Positions 39,222 through 46,190 of a stretch of 64,000 nt of DNA are shown one piece after another. Under the pieces are notes generated by a model that saw nothing but the letters and a program-made list of their open reading frames with translations, searched no databases and had not been told where the DNA came from. How positions within the stretch are numbered: position 1 is the first letter of the stretch; each line of letters starts with the position of its first letter. A program made the position numbers and the translations under genes. This DNA is from Sediminispirochaeta sp. Lineage in GTDB: Bacteria; Spirochaetota; Spirochaetia; B11-G9. The stretch spans positions 26,678-90,677 of the forward strand of contig JANTFL010000001.1 of NCBI GenBank assembly GCA_024763455.1, given 5' to 3'.

Positions 39222-40104
39222 AACCATAATTATCTTTTCCATCATTGTAGTAATCCTGCCTGGAATATTTGTTTTTAAAAAGTCTCACACCCGTTCTCTG
39301 CTTTCTGCATCGTTTATCAGTACGGTTAACACTATGACGATGGAAAATGGGAGCGGGAGTTATACCTTGATAAAGCAGGGCAGAGACTGGTTCCTCGACG
39401 AAGGAGCTACGCATTTTATCTGCAGAAACGGAACGGTTAATGCTTATCTCCAAAAACTTGCTGGTTTAAAAATAATTGAAACGGCTGGTACTTCCAAAGC
39501 TGTCTGGGGAGATCTCGGAGTTGCTGATAACGATCATCATTCAACCACGCTGAAAAACGGTAAGGAAACAGTAAAGCTTTTCTGGGGAAAAAAGAGTGCT
39601 GGCGGAGAAGAGGTTTTTGTCCGGAAAAACCGGGAAGAGTCAGTCTATGTTACAACCTTTCCGGGGGCCGCCATTTATGCAGATAAATGGGGTTGGGTCA
39701 ATGTAAAAATTTTGCCAGTTGCTATTGATACTACTGAAATTATCTCCCTGGACTTTAAGAAAGAGGGGCAGGACTACTCGATAATACGGAAGAATTACTG
39801 GGAGTTGCACTCTGCACGAGGAACCGCCAGGATGGATACCAGGAAGATGAATCTATTACTGGAGAGGATAAAGAACCTGAAGGGAGAAGCTGTGGTCTTG
39901 AAAACGAAGAAGGCTGAGATGATGTCCGCAGGTACACTTATAGTACACCTTGCCGGAGACACCGCTTTGATACTGAATTTCTTAAAAGACAAAAAAGGCA
40001 GTTATTTTGCTGCAGAAGAAAGCAGTGGCTACCTCTACAGGATAAACACAGCAGAAAGAAACGGCGTGTTACCGGATGTAAAATACCTTCTGGATCACTT
40101 TTGA
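39211..40104 (+). CDS. DUF4340-like protein (usual partner of GldG-type auxiliary proteins); the ORF is open from 39172
   Basis: N-terminal TM MKIKTIIIFSIIVVILPGIFVF. Position immediately after the GldG-like gene, with an 11-nt overlap. Confidence 0.5.
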   Translation: MKIKTIIIFSIIVVILPGIFVFKKSHTRSLLSASFISTVNTMTMENGSGSYTLIKQGRDWFLDEGATHFICRNGTVNAYLQKLAGLKIIETAGTSKAVWGDLGVADNDHHSTTLKNGKETVKLFWGKKSAGGEEVFVRKNREESVYVTTFPGAAIYADKWGWVNVKILPVAIDTTEIISLDFKKEGQDYSIIRKNYWELHSARGTARMDTRKMNLLLERIKNLKGEAVVLKTKKAEMMSAGTLIVHLAGDTALILNFLKDKKGSYFAAEESSGYLYRINTAERNGVLPDVKYLLDHF

Positions 40105-41154
40105 CTAACCGTTTTTAGTTAAGAACTCCCGGTATTTTGCCGGGTCAGGTCTAAATCCAATTATATTTGCATCTTGTTCTTTTCCAGCCCTTTTAAGTGC
40201 AGCCGAAGCTTCTGAAAACAGAACATCTCCGTCTACAAGCCGCCCGTTTCTTGAACTGATACCGTACAGGATTGTATACCGTGTAAGAATATCAATCTTT
40301 GTTGAGGTGTTTTGATCAAAATCACGAATCAGTGCTATTCCCTTTTCAATATCAGCGTTTGGAATGATTACAGCATACAAATCAGAGGCACATCTGCATA
40401 TAAGGTCGGAATAGGTAAAGGTTTCCTGCAAAAGCCTTTCAAAAGAATTCATGGCTGAAGCAGAGGTCTCGTTTGGAATGTTTACCAAAGCCAGGACCAT
40501 ATCCTGATCGAATGATGCCGAACGTTTCAGTTCATTAGAAATCTTTGAGATAAATTCATATCTCATCCCTGATCTGTCTTTCTCAGCTTTTCGATCTTTT
40601 GAGTAGTGAGCTGCTTTAGAGATATCTTTCGAGTCCCTGCTGGATATAAGAATAATAAATGCGATAATGATAAATACCAGGGATGCTGCAATTGCATATT
40701 TTAGAAGAGATGCAAACTGATTAATCTGAAGTACCGTAAATACGGTTTTTATTTGATAAATCCTGCCTCGGTAGGGTTTGAACGTTGAAAGAGACGTATC
40801 CCTGATAGTGTCAACCACCTGCGTAAACGTCTCTGCTGTAGTGGATACCGCAGTTGCATTCCTGGCAAATACATAGAGGGATGATCCCTTATCATCAGAG
40901 ATTATCAGGGATTTTAACGAAGGGGAAGAAAGTGCCAGGTTTGAAAGTTTGACAAAGTTAGAAGTTTTTGATGAAGCACTGGTTTTGCTAAAGAGATCAT
41001 CAATAACAGTTTCCGAGATTGAATCAAACATAGTCTTTGCCTTCAAAGTATTCAGATGAAGATTAAAACCCATACTCAAAACAAGGTACAGAACGAGAAT
41101 TGTTATAAAAACAACACCGAAAACGTTAAAATATAATAATTTATTATCCTTCAT
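40105..41154 (-). CDS. membrane protein with two TM helices flanking a periplasmic region and a C-terminal degenerate GGDEF-like domain
   Basis: TM1 LLYFNVFGVVFITILVLYLVL. TM2 YAIAASLVFIIIAFIILI. The C-terminus follows the GGDEF fold pattern, but the RYGGEEF site reads RCASDLY. Confidence 0.45.
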   Translation of the reverse strand: MKDNKLLYFNVFGVVFITILVLYLVLSMGFNLHLNTLKAKTMFDSISETVIDDLFSKTSASSKTSNFVKLSNLALSSPSLKSLIISDDKGSSLYVFARNATAVSTTAETFTQVVDTIRDTSLSTFKPYRGRIYQIKTVFTVLQINQFASLLKYAIAASLVFIIIAFIILISSRDSKDISKAAHYSKDRKAEKDRSGMRYEFISKISNELKRSASFDQDMVLALVNIPNETSASAMNSFERLLQETFTYSDLICRCASDLYAVIIPNADIEKGIALIRDFDQNTSTKIDILTRYTILYGISSRNGRLVDGDVLFSEASAALKRAGKEQDANIIGFRPDPAKYREFLTKNG

Positions 41155-41233
41155 TCGACTATTATAAGCATGAATCTCTGATTTTAAAACCTTTTTTCTT
41201 TTCTTTTTAAGTATAAAATACTATCCTAATGAT

Positions 41234-42067
41234 ATGAAACTTTACGAAAAAAGAGACAGGTCACTACCTTCAGGCTGGTATCCTGATACAGAAGAAGGGG
41301 TGCGGAAAATTTTAATAAACTGGGAGGAGCGCTACGGGAAAAGAGAAGAGGGCTGTATCTCGGGAATAGTCCCCCATGCTGGATGGTTTTTTTCAGGGTA
41401 TATTGCTTTCTCTGTAATGAGTAACCTCTCTCCAGATGCGGATACGATTGTGATTGCAGGCGGTCATTTGCCTGGCGGAGTATCACCAATGCTCTTCAAC
41501 TATAAGGTAATGGAAACACCTATCGGTCCTTTGGAGACAGATTTAACCTTCCTTGAGGAGCTTTCAGGGCGAATTACATTTTACGAAGGTACAGAAGCAG
41601 ACAACACTGTTGAAATCCAGCTGCCTATTGTCAAGTATCTTTTCCCTGGGAGTAAGGTCGTAGCTTTAAGGGTTGGTGCAGGCAGCGATGCAATTGAACT
41701 AGGCGGGGAAATTGCAGCCGTTTCAAGAAAGCTGGGTAAAAAGACTGTTGTTGTTGGATCAACTGATCTCACCCATTACGGACCTTCATACGGATTTACC
41801 CCCCATGGGACCGGTAATTCAGCCCTCCGCTGGGTTAAAGAAGTAAATGACAAGAAAATAGTAAATGCTTTTTTATCAATGGAAGAAGAAAAAGTTCTGG
41901 AGTACGGGAACAGGAACAAGGCGGCATGCTCATCCGGCGCTGCTGCGAGTGCTATAGCATTTGCCCGTCACTTTGGCAGGTCACAAGGGGAGCTTATTTC
42001 ATACATGACCAGTAATGATGTCTATCCATCAGACTCCTTTGTCGGTTATGCCGGAGTAGTGTACTAA
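41234..42067 (+). CDS. MEMO1-family protein (AmmeMemoRadiSam system protein B)
   Basis: GIVPHAGWFFSG, IVIAGGHLPG, GSTDLTHYGP match the Memo signatures. Confidence 0.65.
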   Translation: MKLYEKRDRSLPSGWYPDTEEGVRKILINWEERYGKREEGCISGIVPHAGWFFSGYIAFSVMSNLSPDADTIVIAGGHLPGGVSPMLFNYKVMETPIGPLETDLTFLEELSGRITFYEGTEADNTVEIQLPIVKYLFPGSKVVALRVGAGSDAIELGGEIAAVSRKLGKKTVVVGSTDLTHYGPSYGFTPHGTGNSALRWVKEVNDKKIVNAFLSMEEEKVLEYGNRNKAACSSGAAASAIAFARHFGRSQGELISYMTSNDVYPSDSFVGYAGVVY

Positions 42068-43746
42068 GATGCAATTACCTTCGCTACTGTTTCAATTGTC
42101 CAGTCAAGAGTTTTTCTAAGAATCTCCATCCCTCCTGTATCAGGGGAACACACTCTCCTGATTGCAGCTGCTGCGGGGAAAAGAGTGATGCAAACCTCTT
42201 TTTGTCTTGAGGTAAGAGAGTGCATATATCCGGATAAAGACTCTGCCGGTACTGGAAGAGATTTAAGATCCTGGTAGTACGAGTAAAGAAAATGATTCCA
42301 TGAGAGATCAGCTGGCCCTGCGGAAAATATACTTGATATTCCGTATGATTCGGGTATTTTTTGATATGCAGGGATTTCTATCATTTCACCTTCCCCTTCA
42401 GGAATGATTACTTCGGATTTGAGACTGCTGATCAGTTTTTCAAGTCTTTTTTTATAACTAATCATTGGTTTCGTCACATACCGTGAGCTTCTCGTATCAG
42501 TTACATGGTTAGTCTCATCGTTGTGAAAAATAAAATCAATAAAAAAATCTTCAAGAGGTTGTGTTCTGTGTGTCAGAGCGCTGAAATATGGATATAAATA
42601 GGTACCTCTGGCATAACTCTTGCCGTAGGGATAAGAGAAGTCAACCCCGAAAAGCAAAATTTTTTTTGCCCCCAGAGAGTAGGCAAGGGATACTGCGGCA
42701 TGGCTGACATTTCCGCCTGAAGTATCAATAAAAGGGAATTCCCTCCATCTTTTTTTTACATACAATGAGAACGGGTGACCGCTGGTAAAAAAAAGAACAT
42801 TGTCTGTAAGCCGGGTTATGAGCTGAGGCGATGCAAGATCAAGAACAAGAGGGATATCATTGGGGATTCCAGTCATAAAGTGATGAAACGTAATATGCTG
42901 GCAGTCGATAGATAATATCAGGTCAGGTTTAATCCCATTTTGTATAAGAGCGGGATAAGCGGTGTCTGTTGTAATCAGAAATCCATCTTTTGAATGCTCC
43001 TTTAATTGTGGCAGCTGCTTTTCTAACGACGGACCGGCTCCGGCTATGAGTGCTTTATTAACAGGAGAAATAACAGTAGTAGTTTTTTCTGCCGCCTTCA
43101 GGTTAAGAAGTGTGTTCACAAACCACCTTTTGCCGAAGTAAGATTGTACTGAAAAATCCTCTGAAAGCGGTGTTATTACATCATTGATTGTTTTTGTAAC
43201 ACTGGAAAAAAATTCGTTTTCCATTTCAACTCTTGCTCTGAGTTTAAGAATATCAAGGTTTCCTGATATGGCAGGGATATAGTTTTCAAGAATATGACTG
43301 GATATATCCTCTGGTGAGGGATCAATAAGTATGCGTACTCTTTTATCAAGAAAAAGTGAGGTGAGATTAAAATGAGTGAGTATTTTCTTGAAAAAGCCAT
43401 AATCCTTGTCAATTACAAGAATCTCAGATATTTGTTTATCTTCAGTAAAGGGTAGTATATGATAACCGGCACCAAAACCGAGGATAATTATGTAACCACT
43501 TGCTTTAAACGTAGAATAAAACCTCTTCCCTTCTTTCTCCGGATCAAAGGTTGAATGAAGAGGGACTTCTCTATCGTTTTTTTTCAAAAACGGAACCCGC
43601 ATTCCTGTTCTGCTTTCTTTTATCAGGTACTGATCAGATTCATCAACATAGCTTATCTTGGAGGCAAGACTGGAATTCGTCGCCGAAAGTGCAAGAAGAT
43701 TGGATTCAAGAAACGACTGATTACTCTGTTTCTGCATTATGTTCAA
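42064..43746 (-). CDS. Maf-family (motility accessory factor; DUF115/MptE-like) protein, paralog 2
   Basis: ALIAGAGPSL, ILSIDCQ, GGNVSHAAVSLAYSLGAKKILLFGVDFSYPYGKSYARGT is the classic Maf core. Confidence 0.75.
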   Translation of the reverse strand: MNIMQKQSNQSFLESNLLALSATNSSLASKISYVDESDQYLIKESRTGMRVPFLKKNDREVPLHSTFDPEKEGKRFYSTFKASGYIIILGFGAGYHILPFTEDKQISEILVIDKDYGFFKKILTHFNLTSLFLDKRVRILIDPSPEDISSHILENYIPAISGNLDILKLRARVEMENEFFSSVTKTINDVITPLSEDFSVQSYFGKRWFVNTLLNLKAAEKTTTVISPVNKALIAGAGPSLEKQLPQLKEHSKDGFLITTDTAYPALIQNGIKPDLILSIDCQHITFHHFMTGIPNDIPLVLDLASPQLITRLTDNVLFFTSGHPFSLYVKKRWREFPFIDTSGGNVSHAAVSLAYSLGAKKILLFGVDFSYPYGKSYARGTYLYPYFSALTHRTQPLEDFFIDFIFHNDETNHVTDTRSSRYVTKPMISYKKRLEKLISSLKSEVIIPEGEGEMIEIPAYQKIPESYGISSIFSAGPADLSWNHFLYSYYQDLKSLPVPAESLSGYMHSLTSRQKEVCITLFPAAAAIRRVCSPDTGGMEILRKTLDWTIETVAKVIAS

Positions 43747-45253
43747 AAGTTCCCCTTACTATTTCTTCGGCTGTTGTAATTATCGGATAAAGATCATCTA
43801 CAGTGCAGCTTTCGCCTGAAGAAAGTTTTTTTACACAGATAATAATTTCCTGGAGTGAAAATAGATAGAATAAACCGGTTAAAGATTCATCTCTGGTAAG
43901 AAAGCGGACTAAGTCCTGAAAACCAGTTATCTCAGGGATCTCCCTCTTTACGATTTGAAGTTTTTTTATGATTGCATGAAGGGAAGAATCAATGAGATCA
44001 AAAGATTTCGGTTTTGCTACTGAAGAAAAAAAGAATTCAGTGGAATCGGCACGTATATTCCCGGTTACTAATTGAATGATTTCACTACCCTTTACTGAGT
44101 GGAAAAAATTTAATGTGGAAGACGATGGATTAACCCTGTAAATATTGTTACTGATACGGACATTATTAAACCAGTTAGCATAGGTTTGGTAAGCTCTATT
44201 GCTCCCCTGATGCTGTGAATCAATCTTGTGTGAATACAATATGTCAAGATATGGGTGAACCCTGGATTCTCGGCATTTAAAATAATTATCAAAAGTATGG
44301 GGGCTTACATGGCTGTGGACATCATTGAATGCAAGATCCAGTCCAGCTACAAATACTGAGGGACTGCCAAGTTTTAACGAGAGTACTAGAGCTGTAGCTG
44401 CAACAGTGCCGGTTTCAAAGAGTTTTACTGAGGGGATCGAAATAAATGAAGACACCCATTTTTCCAATTCAGAGTTCTGGTTAATCAGGAGAACAGGTCC
44501 ATCAACTTTGAGGTGGGTTGCAGTCAAAGGCATGGCAAATGGAATTCCCCGAATAAAATCCTGCCTGAAATGAAATCGATTCCAGAAACCGGGATCAGTA
44601 TTTACAATTAAATCAGGATAAATCGAATAGTATTCAAGTGCATGAAGCGATGAAGGAAGTGCTGTTATAAAAAAAAGTTCCCGATGCTCTTTTATCAGCG
44701 GTAACATCTTGGAAAGAGACGGTCCTGCGGCAGTAATAAGAACAGGCTTTGAAATTTTAAATGAATCCGGGTTTATAAACGTATTGATGTATTTTAGATT
44801 TAGGTATAAATTTCGAATCCATTTTCTACTGAAGTTAACTGTTGTAACTACAGAGCCGTTTCTTTCTTCCATGAATGAAAAAATAGTATCAGCTACCAAT
44901 TGATGGATCTCTGGGAAAGCTTTTGAACACGGTTTCCAAACAATCAACCGGAGAACCGGAATCATGAAATCGGGTATTGAAGAGCCCAAAAAACTTTTCA
45001 ATGAAGTATTTGAACCGACGTACCATGAAAGTTTTTTATCCTTGGCTTTGTCATAAAAAATCTTGTTGTAATATACAGAAACAACTAAGGAACCAGGATA
45101 CCTATCCATCAGATACTTTTTCAGATATTCCCCTCCCGGCCCGGTCAGGAGAAATAGATAACATCCCTTTTTAATATTTAAAGAATCCACATACCGTGAG
45201 GCTGCACGCTCAGGCGCATAAGGTGAATGAATGGTAATACCGTTGTATTTCAA
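43721..45253 (-). CDS. Maf-family (motility accessory factor; DUF115/MptE-like) protein, paralog 3
   Basis: VLITAAGPSL...IVNTDPG...GTVAATALVLSLKLGSPSVFVAGLDLAF. 26-nt overlap with paralog 2. Confidence 0.7.
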   Translation of the reverse strand: MKYNGITIHSPYAPERAASRYVDSLNIKKGCYLFLLTGPGGEYLKKYLMDRYPGSLVVSVYYNKIFYDKAKDKKLSWYVGSNTSLKSFLGSSIPDFMIPVLRLIVWKPCSKAFPEIHQLVADTIFSFMEERNGSVVTTVNFSRKWIRNLYLNLKYINTFINPDSFKISKPVLITAAGPSLSKMLPLIKEHRELFFITALPSSLHALEYYSIYPDLIVNTDPGFWNRFHFRQDFIRGIPFAMPLTATHLKVDGPVLLINQNSELEKWVSSFISIPSVKLFETGTVAATALVLSLKLGSPSVFVAGLDLAFNDVHSHVSPHTFDNYFKCRESRVHPYLDILYSHKIDSQHQGSNRAYQTYANWFNNVRISNNIYRVNPSSSTLNFFHSVKGSEIIQLVTGNIRADSTEFFFSSVAKPKSFDLIDSSLHAIIKKLQIVKREIPEITGFQDLVRFLTRDESLTGLFYLFSLQEIIICVKKLSSGESCTVDDLYPIITTAEEIVRGTFEHNAETE

Positions 45254-45265
45254 AGAGGTATTCCT

Positions 45266-46186
45266 CTAAAGGATATCCAGCTTGGAAAGAAGCAAATCCA
45301 CATCTCTGCCCTGTTCAGGATACAAGATATAGGAATGTTTTATAACCGGAAGATCAGTCTGAATATTAAAATAATTTTTTAAGGTTAATTCAATTTGAGT
45401 TGTTAGAATCTGCGGTTTTTTCATAGTATGTGATGAAAAGAGCAGCAAGGATGTATAAAGATCAATCTGTAATAATCTGCCGGATATATTAACCATAGAG
45501 TAGATTGTGTCAAAAATATCCTGGGATATCTGTTTATCTTCCTGGCTTTCAGATCCGGACTCAGAAATAATGGAAATAAGCTCTTCAAAGTTGAGTTTAA
45601 TAAGGAAAATAACAGAATCCCTATGTTTTGAAAGGTACCGTGATACGAAAGGAATTATTGATGAATCAGCGGACACTGCAGTTTTTTTACTGCTTTCAAT
45701 TTTGGATAGCTTTTCAAGAATAAGTCTTAGAGTTTTTATTGCTTCATCAACAGCTCGTGGTTTTTGAATCATCGGTGAATTGATACCCAGAAATGCAGTA
45801 TCTTGATGCTTCATAAAAGTGATGTTCTTCAGTCCTGTGAATTCGCGTATTGAAAGCAGCGGTTTAAAATTCTGCAGATCCTCAGGTGAAGTAAGTATGT
45901 TAAACCCTTCTGTTTTGAAGATGGAACTTAAAAATTTATTGTTAAATCTAACTCTTCGGCTGGAGGTTATATCAATACCGGTTTGGGCTGCCGGTAACCA
46001 AAGATCTTCTTTGGGGTTATAAGAAAGAAACAAAGCTTTTTTAAGACCAACAAAATCACAAAAAAGGTTTAATGACTTTAAAGGATATGATTCATCAGTG
46101 GATAAATCTCTTTCACTACGAACAAAATCTTCGTAGCTTTTTTTTTTAGAATCTTTTGTATCTAAAACAGTGTTTAGTAAACCCAT
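45266..46186 (-). CDS. hypothetical protein (306 aa) co-operonic with Maf genes; A10 tract at codons 12-15
   Basis: ORF 12 nt upstream of maf paralog 3 and 4 nt downstream of the acidic repeat gene. No recognisable domain. Confidence 0.5.
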   Translation of the reverse strand: MGLLNTVLDTKDSKKKSYEDFVRSERDLSTDESYPLKSLNLFCDFVGLKKALFLSYNPKEDLWLPAAQTGIDITSSRRVRFNNKFLSSIFKTEGFNILTSPEDLQNFKPLLSIREFTGLKNITFMKHQDTAFLGINSPMIQKPRAVDEAIKTLRLILEKLSKIESSKKTAVSADSSIIPFVSRYLSKHRDSVIFLIKLNFEELISIISESGSESQEDKQISQDIFDTIYSMVNISGRLLQIDLYTSLLLFSSHTMKKPQILTTQIELTLKNYFNIQTDLPVIKHSYILYPEQGRDVDLLLSKLDIL

Positions 46187-46190
46187 CTAC

